Positions 47,980 to 57,401 of a stretch of DNA of 64,000 nucleotides are shown here, in pieces. The translations under genes and the position numbers were made by a program. The first letter of the stretch is position 1. Every line of letters starts with the position of its first letter. This DNA is from Ignavibacteriota bacterium (GTDB taxonomy: Bacteria; Bacteroidota; Ignavibacteria; UBA10030; UBA6906). Below the pieces are notes generated by a model that had not been told where the DNA came from, made no database searches, and saw only the letters and a program-made list of their open reading frames with translations. The stretch covers positions 454,673 to 518,672 of the forward strand of contig CAWESL010000008.1 of assembly GCA_963811705.1 (NCBI GenBank). The letters are read 5' to 3'.

Positions 47980-49164
47980 ATGCGCCTCTATCTCCATCTT
48001 GACCTCGACAGCTTTTTCGCCTCTGTCGAAACCGCGCTCCGCCCCGAACTGCGTGGGATCCCGGTGTGTGTGGGAGGGCAGCGGGGAGGGCGCGGGATTG
48101 TAACCTGTCCGAATTACGCAGCGCGCGCGTACGGTGTCCGGACTGCCATGTCGGTGCGCGCGGCGGAGCAGCTGCTTCCGTCGACGGCCGTCTTTCTGCG
48201 GGGGAACCATCGTCTCTACGGCGATTACTCCCGGCGCGTCATGGCAATCCTGGAGTCGTTTGGACCCGGCGTGCGGCAGAAGAGCATCGATGAGGCGCTG
48301 ATGGAAATACAGGGATCCCTGCATTTCTGGGGGGACGATCCGGTTCGCATGGCGCGGGCAATCAAGGACCGCATTCAGGAGGAGACGGAGCTGACCATCT
48401 CCGCGGGGATTGCGCCCAATCCGCTCTGCGCGAAGATCGCGGCGGGTCTGCGCAAGCCGGACGGCCTCGTGCTGATACGGCACGGTCGGGTGCGCGAGAC
48501 GCTTGCGCCGCTGCCGGTGGACGTCGTGCCGGGGATCGGCAAAAAGACCGCGCCGCGTCTCCGCATGCGGGGGATCTTCACGGTCGGCGACCTGATCGCC
48601 CGGGCGCCGGAGCGTGACGGCTGGCTCGGGTCGCTGGTGCAAGCGTTGCTGGACGAGAGCGACGACCGCGAACACGGCGACCATCAGGCCGAAGAACATT
48701 CCATCTCGCGCGACAGGACGTTCGGTCAGGACACCGCCGACCGGGAACAGATCGAAACGACGCTCTTCATGTTGACCGAACGATGCTGCAAGACGCTTCG
48801 CGCCGAAGGCCTCGCGGCGTCGACGGTAACGCTGAAAGTGCGGTATGCGGATTTCACCACCGTGCAGAAACAGGAGACCCTCCCGTCGGCCGTGATGAAC
48901 GAAGAACAGATCTTCGCGGCGGTGCGGTCGCTTCTCGACGATCTCCTGCCGCCGTGGCGGTTCGTCCGTCTCGTCGGCGTCAAGGTCTCGAACCTCTCGC
49001 CGCTGGAAGGGCAACAGCTCGTCCTCGACGGCGGAGAGACGGAGCGGCTGTATCAGCTCCACCAGGAAGTGGACGCGCTGCAAAAAAAGTTCGGGGAGAA
49101 AAGCGTGCGGTGGGGGAAGGGAACAATGGACGATGGAAAATGGAAGATGGAGAATCGAGAATGA
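47980..49164 (+). CDS. dinB: DNA polymerase IV (Y family)
   Basis: HLDLDSFFASVE, YAAR..GVR.AM, SIDEA, KPDG, PGIG, RLVGV; catalytic acidic residues intact. Confidence 0.95.
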   Translation: MRLYLHLDLDSFFASVETALRPELRGIPVCVGGQRGGRGIVTCPNYAARAYGVRTAMSVRAAEQLLPSTAVFLRGNHRLYGDYSRRVMAILESFGPGVRQKSIDEALMEIQGSLHFWGDDPVRMARAIKDRIQEETELTISAGIAPNPLCAKIAAGLRKPDGLVLIRHGRVRETLAPLPVDVVPGIGKKTAPRLRMRGIFTVGDLIARAPERDGWLGSLVQALLDESDDREHGDHQAEEHSISRDRTFGQDTADREQIETTLFMLTERCCKTLRAEGLAASTVTLKVRYADFTTVQKQETLPSAVMNEEQIFAAVRSLLDDLLPPWRFVRLVGVKVSNLSPLEGQQLVLDGGETERLYQLHQEVDALQKKFGEKSVRWGKGTMDDGKWKMENRE

Positions 49165-49256
49165 GTTCGTAATCTTCAATTCCCGCCGTTTGTGTGGCGG
49201 GCCGTCCCACAGAATGAGCTCTTACAACGACGACGAAAAACATGCGATGCGTTTCG

Positions 49257-50135
49257 ATGCACGACGAATTCTCTCTTCTCCTCTCATCCCTCTCCCCCTA
49301 CCTCCGCGCGTGGGCGCGGCATGAGGTGTTCATCACGCTCGCGTCGCGGGATGCGTTCGCGCGGAGCGGGCTGAATGCCGGTATGGCGGCGGAGCTGTTC
49401 GGAACAACTCTCGCGGAACTGCCGGCGGACGGCGCTCTCCAGTACGCTCCGCACGGCGCGGGCACGGTCGACGTGATTGTCGAGGACGATGCGCTTGTCT
49501 GCCGGTTCCCGTACGACCATCCCGACCGCGCACGGCGGGGAACGCTGAACGACGCGTTCCTGCACCCGGAACGATTTGCCGGACGCCTTGCCGCCGCGCT
49601 GGCGCCGCTCGGAGGGGCGGTACGACTGGTGGTGCTGCACCCTGCGCCGCTGTACAGGACGGAGGAGATGTCGTTTGCGGAGTTTCTCGGGCGGCTCGAC
49701 CGGTTCCTTGCGATGCTGCCGCCGCCGCACCGGTATGCGCTTGAACCGGTCGGCCCCCTCTGTTTCCGGCGAGAATATTTCGCGTGCCTGCAGGCACGGG
49801 GCGTGGTGCACGTGCTCAGCGAGGGGGAGGCGCTGTTCCGTGCGCTGCCGCCGGTCAGCGATCAGCTCGCGATGCCCGGCGCGCTCGGTCATCCCTTGTG
49901 CGTGGTCCGCACCATGCCCGATCCGGTGGTCCCGGGCATGTTCCGGCCGGTCCCGGACGTCGCGCTCCGAAGACAGGGATGGCGTGATGTGGTGCGGCGA
50001 TGCCTTGCGGAACACCTCCCGGTGTATCTGTTCGCCGATGACGCAACGGATCCGCTCCGGTCGCTGATGACGTTGATGACAATGATGAATGATGATCTGG
50101 CGGAGAGGTCGGTGATCAGGAGCCATGCGGCGTAA
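49257..50135 (+). CDS. Degenerate DUF72-like protein
   Basis: Aligns by eye with 45857-46861 (RFP..G..N..FL....F...L..LG; F...L..FL..LP....YA.E; L..xGV.HV) but lacks GxSxW and NN motifs. Confidence 0.65.
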   Translation: MHDEFSLLLSSLSPYLRAWARHEVFITLASRDAFARSGLNAGMAAELFGTTLAELPADGALQYAPHGAGTVDVIVEDDALVCRFPYDHPDRARRGTLNDAFLHPERFAGRLAAALAPLGGAVRLVVLHPAPLYRTEEMSFAEFLGRLDRFLAMLPPPHRYALEPVGPLCFRREYFACLQARGVVHVLSEGEALFRALPPVSDQLAMPGALGHPLCVVRTMPDPVVPGMFRPVPDVALRRQGWRDVVRRCLAEHLPVYLFADDATDPLRSLMTLMTMMNDDLAERSVIRSHAA

Positions 50136-50242
50136 CTCACCTCCGTCCCCTCTCTTACAAAGAGAGGGGAGTGTGGAGACGGTACGTCCGGGACGTTCGC
50201 TCCCCCTTCTCATTATAAGAGAAGGGGGATGGGGGGATGAGT
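50135..50242. repeat. Composite double-hairpin intergenic element
   Basis: TCCCCTCTCTT..AAGAGAGGGGA (50146-70) and TCCCCCTTCTC..GAGAAGGGGGA (50201-29) inside outer ACTCA../..TGAGT arms. Confidence 0.7.
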
Positions 50243-50268
50243 TCAAACGAGAGGCGGATAAGCAAAAT

Positions 50269-50988
50269 ATGGACAATCAGCGCTCTTCTGCGGCAACCAC
50301 CGCTGTTGCGAGTTTACCCGCCAGTTTGTTGGCGGGCCGTCCCGCGGCCGTCGCCGTCCGCGCGTCTGCATCGCTCTCGTACGCCGCGCTGGTGAACCGG
50401 TTCCATGCCGAGCCGCACGGCAAGCTCTACTGCCTGCACGGCGATGCGATGGTGTTCCGTGTCGCGCTCTCTGCGGCGTCGCAGGCGCTCCTGCGCGGCA
50501 TGACCGTCGCCCTGGTGGATGGCGCCAACAGGTTCGACGCGTATTTCATCGCGGAGTTCGCGCGCCATGTCGAGGCGCGCGGCGGACCGCCGCCGGCGCA
50601 GCTGCTCGACAAGATCTACGTGTCGCGCGCGTTCACCTGCTACCAGATGGAAGCGGTGGTCACGGAACGGCTGCCGAAATTTCTCGAGCGGACGGGGTCG
50701 ACGGTCGCCGTCCTGTTCGGACCGCTCGATACGTTCTACGACGACCAGGCGCCGATGTTCGAGGTGAAGGCGGGAATGGAACGGATGATCGCGACATTGC
50801 GACGGCTGCGTGAACAGAAGATCGGCGTCCTGGTGGCATCGCAGGACGTCCGCCTTGCATCGCCGGAACGCAGCGGCCTGTTCCCCCGGTTCGCCGCGGC
50901 AATGGATGCGGTGTACACCGTCGGACAGGAAGAAGGTGCGCTGACGATGGCCGCACCCCACCATGGCGCCGGCAGGAATCACACGTGA
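50269..50988 (+). CDS. Inactivated RadA/RecA-fold protein (iRadA/ImuA-like)
   Basis: VALVDGANRFDAY, LLDKIYVSRAFTCYQM RadA-like core; no Walker A (LHGDAMV instead). Confidence 0.75.
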   Translation: MDNQRSSAATTAVASLPASLLAGRPAAVAVRASASLSYAALVNRFHAEPHGKLYCLHGDAMVFRVALSAASQALLRGMTVALVDGANRFDAYFIAEFARHVEARGGPPPAQLLDKIYVSRAFTCYQMEAVVTERLPKFLERTGSTVAVLFGPLDTFYDDQAPMFEVKAGMERMIATLRRLREQKIGVLVASQDVRLASPERSGLFPRFAAAMDAVYTVGQEEGALTMAAPHHGAGRNHT

Positions 50989-51000
50989 GAGGAGACACCG

Positions 51001-51333
51001 ATGGGACGCACCGTACCGACATTTACCATGGTCTTGCAGCAGGAGATCGACAGCTGGGGGAAATTCCGCCGAGCGCTGCGCAAGGAAGATCAGGACGCGA
51101 TGGACGAGCTCTTCCGCTCCGCGCAACTGCAGCTTGCGGGAAGCGCGTACGCCGCCCGGCCGATCCCCTTCGAGAGCATCGCGATGGCGATGCTGGTGGC
51201 ACTGCAGCGAAGGGTGCGGGAGCTGGAACGCAGTGCGAAGTCACCCCATGTCCCCCCATCCCCCCATCTCCCCCTCTCCCCTTCGCGCGATGGGGAGAGA
51301 GGGAGAACGGGAGAGGGGGGGAATGGGGGATGA
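51001..51333 (+). CDS. Small helical PolB2-associated protein (arCOG07300-like)
   Basis: MGRTVPTF...W.KFRRALRKEDQ...DELF signature; AGGAG RBS; C-tail encoded by a repeat element. Confidence 0.75.
   Translation: MGRTVPTFTMVLQQEIDSWGKFRRALRKEDQDAMDELFRSAQLQLAGSAYAARPIPFESIAMAMLVALQRRVRELERSAKSPHVPPSPHLPLSPSRDGERGRTGEGGNGG
51243..51330. repeat. Pyrimidine/purine octamer hairpin element, copy 2
   Basis: CCCCATGT/CCCCATCC/CCCCATCT..CCCCTTCGCGCGATGGGG..GGGAGAAC. Confidence 0.7.
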
Positions 51334-51337
51334 GTTC

Positions 51338-53647
51338 ATGACCGGCTGGCTCTTCGACATCTACGCCTCTGCGCAGGGCGTTACCGTCTGGCTGATCGAC
51401 GCGGAAGGCAGGAAGTACCGCTGCACCTATCCGTTCGTTCCGTCGCTGTACCTCCATGTCGATCGCGACGGCGCCGCCCGTGCGGAAGCGCTCGTGCGAC
51501 GGTTCCCGTTTCCCATCGCGTTCCACCCCGACCACCGGCGGGAACTCTACAGCGACGACGTGTGGGACGTCTACCGCGTCGACGTCCACGACCCGCTGCG
51601 CTTCAAACAGGTCGTGCAGACGCTCGAACGCAACTTCCCCCATTATGTCTTCTTCGACTCCGATATTCCCGTTCCGCAACGGTTCCTCTATACGACGGGA
51701 CTGTTCCCCCTGGCGTTCGGGGAGTATGCGATCGACGGGGAGGGGCGACTGATCGGGTGGGACCTGCAGGACACGTACGACGCGATGGAATATACGATCC
51801 CTCCGCTCGTCCTCATGACCATCAAGAACCGGCCCGACTTCGTTTCGGCAAAACACCGGAAGACGTTTCAACTGGAGATCTCGTACGACGGGAGAACCTA
51901 TGCCCTCGAACACCAGGAACCGGCCGAGATCCTGCGCGCGCTCAACGACCACCTCGCCCGCTGCGACCCGGACGTGATCATGACGGAACACGGCGACGCG
52001 ATCCTCCTGCCCATGCTCACGCGGTTCGCCGCGGAAACGAAGATCGACATCGCGTTCAACCGCGACCCCGCCGCAGGATATCTCACGTCGCGGGCGTCGA
52101 GCTATTTCTCCTACGGCAAGATCGTCCATAAAGAAGGCGCGTTCGAACTTGCCGGCCGGTGGCACCTCGACCTGGAAAATTCCTTCATGATGAGCGAAGC
52201 CAGCCTGGACGGCGTCGTCGAGATCGCGCGCCTGACGCAGCTTCCCGTGCAGCATCAGTCGCGCGCGACCATCGGCTCCGCGCTTTCGTCCATGCAGCTT
52301 TCCTGGGCGCAACGCAACGGCTACCTCATCCCCGCGCGCAAACGGGAGCCGGAAGAGTTCAAACCCGCGTCGACGCTCCTCCTCGCCGACCGTGGCGGAC
52401 TGATCTTCCAGCCGCTCATGGGGTTCCACGAACAGGTGGCGGAGCTCGACTTCGTTTCGATGTATCCGACGATCATGGTGGAACACAACGTCTCGCCGGA
52501 GACCGTGAACTGCCGCTGTTGCACGAATGCCATCGTCCCCGAACTGGGCTACTCCATTTGCGAGCGCCGGCAGGGGATCGTCCCCTCCACGCTGCGGACG
52601 GTTGTCCGCCGCCGCGCGTTCTTCAAAAAGAAAAAGAAGGCGCTCAAAGCGGCGAACGATCCCGCCTGGGTGTTGTTCGACCACCGGCAGAACGCGCTGA
52701 AGTGGATGCTCGTCACCTGTTTCGGCTACCTCGGCTACAAGAATGCCCGGTTCGGCCGCATCGAAGCGCATGAGACGGTCAACGCCTTTTCGCGCGACGC
52801 CATCCTCCGGGCAAAAGAAGCGGCCGAGGCGCAGGGGTTCCAGTTCCTCCATGCGATCGTCGATTGCATGTGGATCAAAAAACCGGGCGCCACCGAGGAG
52901 GACTATCACCGGCTGGCCGCACAGGTGAGTAAGGACGTCGGGATCGACCTTTCCCTCGAGGGGATCTATTCGTGGATCCTGTTCCCATCGTCGAAGATGG
53001 ATCCGCTCATCCCCACCGCAAACCGCTATGTCGGGTGGTACACGAACGGCGAGATCAAGATCCGCGGCATCGAAGTCCGCAGGCGCGATACGCCGCTGTT
53101 CATCAAGCGGATGCAGGGAGAAATGCTGCAACTGATGGGGGAGGCGAACAATGTCCGGGAGATCGAAGCGCTCGTGCCGTCGCTCCTGGCAAAAGCCGGA
53201 GAGTTTCTCGGAGTGCTCAGGCGCGGCCAGGCCGACCCCGTGGAGCTGGTGATCCATTGCCACCTGCTCCGCGAACCGGAAGAATACACCACCAACACCG
53301 TCAACGCTTCGGCCGCAAAGGCGCTCGCCGAGGCGGGGGTCCACCTCGCGGCAGGGGAAATGGTCGATTATGTGGTGGTCGACGCCACCGGGAAGAAACG
53401 CCCCGAGAAAGCACGGCCCCTCGCCCTGTATGCGCTCGAGGACGGGTACGATATCGACTTCTACACGAAGCTCGCGCTCAAGGCGGTGGAGACGCTTCTT
53501 CTCCCGCTGGGGTATCCGGCCGACCGGCTCGCACGGTTCTTCAACATCGGCGACGGAAGGCGCAAACGGGCCGCCCGGCAGGAGACGGACGGCCTGCAGC
53601 TCTCGCTCTTTGACGTCCAGGAAGACATCAGCAACAATGCGGCGTAA
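51338..53647 (+). CDS. polB: Family B DNA polymerase, PolB2-type
   Basis: Motif A ELDFVSMYP; motif B RQNALKWMLVTCFGYLG; motif C HAIVDCMW (PolB2-style, not YGDTDS); KIRGIE.RR.D; degenerate exonuclease; terminal QLSLF. Confidence 0.9.
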   Translation: MTGWLFDIYASAQGVTVWLIDAEGRKYRCTYPFVPSLYLHVDRDGAARAEALVRRFPFPIAFHPDHRRELYSDDVWDVYRVDVHDPLRFKQVVQTLERNFPHYVFFDSDIPVPQRFLYTTGLFPLAFGEYAIDGEGRLIGWDLQDTYDAMEYTIPPLVLMTIKNRPDFVSAKHRKTFQLEISYDGRTYALEHQEPAEILRALNDHLARCDPDVIMTEHGDAILLPMLTRFAAETKIDIAFNRDPAAGYLTSRASSYFSYGKIVHKEGAFELAGRWHLDLENSFMMSEASLDGVVEIARLTQLPVQHQSRATIGSALSSMQLSWAQRNGYLIPARKREPEEFKPASTLLLADRGGLIFQPLMGFHEQVAELDFVSMYPTIMVEHNVSPETVNCRCCTNAIVPELGYSICERRQGIVPSTLRTVVRRRAFFKKKKKALKAANDPAWVLFDHRQNALKWMLVTCFGYLGYKNARFGRIEAHETVNAFSRDAILRAKEAAEAQGFQFLHAIVDCMWIKKPGATEEDYHRLAAQVSKDVGIDLSLEGIYSWILFPSSKMDPLIPTANRYVGWYTNGEIKIRGIEVRRRDTPLFIKRMQGEMLQLMGEANNVREIEALVPSLLAKAGEFLGVLRRGQADPVELVIHCHLLREPEEYTTNTVNASAAKALAEAGVHLAAGEMVDYVVVDATGKKRPEKARPLALYALEDGYDIDFYTKLALKAVETLLLPLGYPADRLARFFNIGDGRRKRAARQETDGLQLSLFDVQEDISNNAA

Positions 53648-53737
53648 GGAACCGGAACCCGGAAGGTACTGTTCAACGGGTATTCCTCGCCGGCCTCATG
53701 TACTCACAATCACCATCACACGTTCAAGGAGGTCACC

Positions 53738-54349
53738 ATGCGTCACCCCGCAACCGCAGTACTCACCGCCCTCGTCCTGCTGGTCATGGTCGCAGCCAGC
53801 CCGCTCCTCGCGCAGGAAAACAAGGGCGACGCCGCAATGCAGGAAATGATGAAGAAGTGGCAGGAATCCATGACCCCCGGCGCCCCGCACAAAGCGCTCG
53901 CCGCTCTCGAAGGCACCTGGAATGCGGAAGTCCGCTCGTGGATGAGCGGTCCCGATCAGCCGCCCTCCGTCAGCAAGGGAACATGCACATACAAGATGAT
54001 CTTCGGCGGTCGCTATCTTGAACAGACGTTCACGAGCGAAATGATGAACATGCCCTTCTCGGGAACGGGCTACACCGGCTACGACAACACGAACAAGCGG
54101 TACTTCGGCTTCTGGATCGACAACATGAGCACGGGAATGTCGACGATGGATGGGACGATGAACCAGGCTGGAACCGTTCTGACGATGTACGGCAAAATGG
54201 ACGAGCCCGGCACGGGGGAACTTGGGAAGAACGTCAAGTATGTGACGCGTATCCTCGGCCCGGACAAAAACGTGTTCGAAGTGTACGACCTGACGCAGGA
54301 TGACGCGAAGGGGAAGATGATGGAGATTGTTTACACGCGAGCCAAGTAG
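53738..54349 (+). CDS. DUF1579 family secreted protein
   Basis: PGAPHK.L..LEG.W, GGRYL, G.GYTGYDN, WIDNMSTG; AAGGAGG RBS. Confidence 0.85.
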   Translation: MRHPATAVLTALVLLVMVAASPLLAQENKGDAAMQEMMKKWQESMTPGAPHKALAALEGTWNAEVRSWMSGPDQPPSVSKGTCTYKMIFGGRYLEQTFTSEMMNMPFSGTGYTGYDNTNKRYFGFWIDNMSTGMSTMDGTMNQAGTVLTMYGKMDEPGTGELGKNVKYVTRILGPDKNVFEVYDLTQDDAKGKMMEIVYTRAK

Positions 54350-54370
54350 CGTCGATAGTGCAAAGAGAAG

Positions 54371-54451
54371 GACGTATGACGGAGGACGTAGGAAGAAAAC
54401 GAAGGCAACTGAAAATGCTCTCTTCCTACGTCTTACGTCCTACTTCCTACT
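54371..54451. repeat. Inverted pair of heptamer arrays between convergent genes
   Basis: GACGTAT GACGGAG GACGTAG GAAG ... CTTCCTACGTCTTACGTCCTACTTCCTACT; same family as 44707-44738. Confidence 0.7.
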
Positions 54452-54467
54452 CAGAGCTATATCCCGG

Positions 54468-55934
54468 CTATCGTAAGTCGTACCGCAAAAACGCCGCCAT
54501 CGCGCCAGCCATCGCAAACAGCGTCAGTGCCGCAATGATGCCCACCGACGGGACGACGCCGGCCAGCACGGCGCGATTGTTCATCGAAGGCGCGACGTAG
54601 CCCGGCATGTCGCTGAGGTCAAGCGTGCCGCGCTCCCGGGGAGCGCTGAATTTAAAGCCGGAGTTTGAATCGAAGGTGATGCGCATCCCGCCCGATCCGC
54701 CCGATTCCTTTTGCTTCCGATCGATATACGCGGTGAACAACCGGCGGTATTCCCGCATCGCATTCTCATCCCGATCCTTCATCCCCGCATCGGTTCCGGC
54801 AAGATTCATCGCGGCGAGCTGGTACGCCGAAGCAGGAGAGAACAGCGCAAGCGTGAACCCGAGGTTCTGTTGCTGTGTCCTGCGAAGCCGCCAGCCCTCC
54901 TCCAACCGGCGACCTTCCGATTCGATCTTTGCCTGAAGGTCTTTCCGGTACCCGTCCTCTTCGTCGGTCCACTTCGTCATCTGCGCATCGCGATAGGCTT
55001 CCCGTTCATCGCTCGACATCGACTCCATGACCTTCGAGCGATCGCGCCACCGTTGCATTGCCGCATCGTTGTACACCTCCCATTGGTCCTTTGCGAACGC
55101 ATCGCGCTGGCCCTCCACCTCGGCATAACTGGGAACCGGAACAGCCAGCCTTGCGACCATCATTCCTGCACGGGGTATCACGAGAACGAACAGAATCCAG
55201 GCCGCCAGACAAAACAGGAACGAGAGACCGGAACTCCGCGTCGATGCGGAAACCAGCAACCCGAAGACAATAAAGAAGAGGAACAAAAGGAGGGAGAGAC
55301 CGGTCACTGCGAGCACCCTCTCCCAATCGTATCCGGAAAGCGGCACGCCCTCGACCACCACAAGGAACAACCCCAGCAGTATCGCGAGAGAAACAGGGAT
55401 GATCAGGCCGATGGTGGTTCCCACACCTTTTGCTGCGAGATACTGAACTCGCGAGACCGCGTTCGAGAACGTCAACGCCAGGGTCCCTTGTTCACGCTCG
55501 CCGTTGATGGCGTCGTACGTGAAGAGGATCGCGAATAGGGACAACACGACTGTGATGATGAAGGAGAAGTCCGCGGAGCGAAACAACGCGAACAGGGGGT
55601 TGTCCGTGTAGGTACTGTTCTGAAGATTGACGGATTGTTGATCGTTGATCGGCGAATACCGCCCCACGTCGTTCGTCACGCCGGCGACAAATACCTGCAA
55701 TGGGTCCGGCTGGCGGAAGGCCGTCATGCTCACGCTTCGCCACGATGATTCATGCGCCATCTGGTCCGACGCCAGCGCGCGCGCTGCCTCCAGCTTCCGG
55801 ACAGCAGTGGTGTAGTCCGTGATCCCCGCCTGAACGCTCAGGAGCATCAGAACCGACGCCACGGCAAAGGTCGTGAGGAACTTGGGACTGGAGAGAATGC
55901 TCTTGAGTTCTTTTCGCAGGATCATCGAAAACAT
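54468..55934 (-). CDS. ABC transporter permease with large extracytoplasmic domain
   Basis: KEL, YDAINGEREQGTL, SPA, terminal FLRYDLR. Confidence 0.88.
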   Translation of the reverse strand: MFSMILRKELKSILSSPKFLTTFAVASVLMLLSVQAGITDYTTAVRKLEAARALASDQMAHESSWRSVSMTAFRQPDPLQVFVAGVTNDVGRYSPINDQQSVNLQNSTYTDNPLFALFRSADFSFIITVVLSLFAILFTYDAINGEREQGTLALTFSNAVSRVQYLAAKGVGTTIGLIIPVSLAILLGLFLVVVEGVPLSGYDWERVLAVTGLSLLLFLFFIVFGLLVSASTRSSGLSFLFCLAAWILFVLVIPRAGMMVARLAVPVPSYAEVEGQRDAFAKDQWEVYNDAAMQRWRDRSKVMESMSSDEREAYRDAQMTKWTDEEDGYRKDLQAKIESEGRRLEEGWRLRRTQQQNLGFTLALFSPASAYQLAAMNLAGTDAGMKDRDENAMREYRRLFTAYIDRKQKESGGSGGMRITFDSNSGFKFSAPRERGTLDLSDMPGYVAPSMNNRAVLAGVVPSVGIIAALTLFAMAGAMAAFLRYDLR

Positions 55935-55982
55935 AAGTGCCTCAATGACTTAGGAACGTTTGAGACTGCTTCGACCTCATTC

Positions 55983-57401
55983 TCAGCGCACATCATACCG
56001 GAGAAACATCCAGAACGCCATCACGAAGAACAAAGCGTTCAGCAGAAGCAACAGCCCCATGTCAAGGCCGGCGTCGAGCACGGTGGGCCGCAACTCCTCC
56101 GGGTGATAATCAAAGGCCGGCAATTCATACGGATCGATGGGCTTCGGCTTCGCGTCGGTGTCCTGGTGTCTCATGATGATCATCGACCCGCCCGGGTTCA
56201 TCCCGGTCTTCGCGATCATGAAATTGCCGTACGCCTGCTGGTACGCCGCCGCTTCCTTCAGGAAATTCCCTTCGAGCGAGAGCGAAGTTCCTGCAAGCGT
56301 GGTGGCAGCGAGCGAGAACAGCGCGGTCGGCGAAAGTCTCGCCAGGCCCAGGGCCACCGCCCGCTGCCGGGCGAGATCGTTCTGGCGTCGCTCGTTGAGT
56401 CTGGCCGAAAGGTCGCGCATCTTCTTATCCCGTTCGTCAGCGAGTTTTCCCATGAATGCCTGGAACTCCTTCATCATCGAGTCGGGGCTTGCGGTGGAGG
56501 TCGGCTTGAACGATGCGGTGTGGTCCCGATCCTCCGCGAACAGTTGCATGTTCAGTCGCGTCTTCTGTGCGGCAATGTCGTCCACAGACAACACTTCGAC
56601 GGAATTCCCGGCGAGAAGAACAGCGATGCGCGGGATGATGAGTACGGTGGAAACCCAGACAACAAGGAGGATGAGGAACGACGTGGACGAGCGGTGCGTC
56701 AATGCAGAAATGGAGACCGCAAGAATGACGAACACCCCGCAATACAGGAGCGCCGCGAGAAGAATCAGGGCCAGCCGGGCCCAGTCATCAGCGGAAAGGA
56801 CCATCCCCAGCGTCGGAAGAAGGGCGCATCCCACAAGCATGGAGATCAGAACGGGCAGCACAACGGCGAGATAACGCCCGGTAATCTTTGCGATGATCAG
56901 GAGGACGCGGGGCAGCGGGCCCGAAAGGGCGAGCTTCAGCGTCCCTCCTTCCTTTTCTCCATTCACGGCATCATAGGCGAAAAGAATGCCCAGCAGACTG
57001 AGAACGATCTGAAGGACGAAATCCAGGTCCAGGGTCCGGAACGCGGCCAGTGCAGGCTCATCGCCGTAGAGGCTCCCCGAGCCGACGACCTCTCCCCGAC
57101 CGCGAATATCGATGGTACGGCCGATGTCGTTCGACACTCCGGAGAAGAGCGAAGCCAACGGCTCCGGCGGCAGGAAGATCCGGTGATCGCGCACCGCGAG
57201 CCAATCGGTCACTCCTTCAAGTTTCCGAATCTCCTGGCGTTTCGCGGCGTCGTAGCGCGCCATGCTTGTCCGGTAGTTGCTTGCTCCCGCAATAAACGCG
57301 AGGAGAATGAGAACGGCGGCCGTGCCGAACGTTACGGTGAACCTCGGCGTCAAGAAGATGTTGCGAAGTTCTTTGCGGACGATCAGGATGAACGGGTTCA
57401 T
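55983..57401 (-). CDS. ABC transporter permease (paralog of 54468-55934)
   Basis: KELR, YDAVNGEKEGGTL, SPT, terminal FLRYDVR. Confidence 0.88.
   Translation of the reverse strand: MNPFILIVRKELRNIFLTPRFTVTFGTAAVLILLAFIAGASNYRTSMARYDAAKRQEIRKLEGVTDWLAVRDHRIFLPPEPLASLFSGVSNDIGRTIDIRGRGEVVGSGSLYGDEPALAAFRTLDLDFVLQIVLSLLGILFAYDAVNGEKEGGTLKLALSGPLPRVLLIIAKITGRYLAVVLPVLISMLVGCALLPTLGMVLSADDWARLALILLAALLYCGVFVILAVSISALTHRSSTSFLILLVVWVSTVLIIPRIAVLLAGNSVEVLSVDDIAAQKTRLNMQLFAEDRDHTASFKPTSTASPDSMMKEFQAFMGKLADERDKKMRDLSARLNERRQNDLARQRAVALGLARLSPTALFSLAATTLAGTSLSLEGNFLKEAAAYQQAYGNFMIAKTGMNPGGSMIIMRHQDTDAKPKPIDPYELPAFDYHPEELRPTVLDAGLDMGLLLLLNALFFVMAFWMFLRYDVR

Noticed and set aside
50963-51337. N-terminal extension of PolB in the ORF track (894 aa)
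   Set aside because: It overlaps the arCOG07300-like gene and a repeat element; polymerase-like sequence begins at MTGWLFD (51338)
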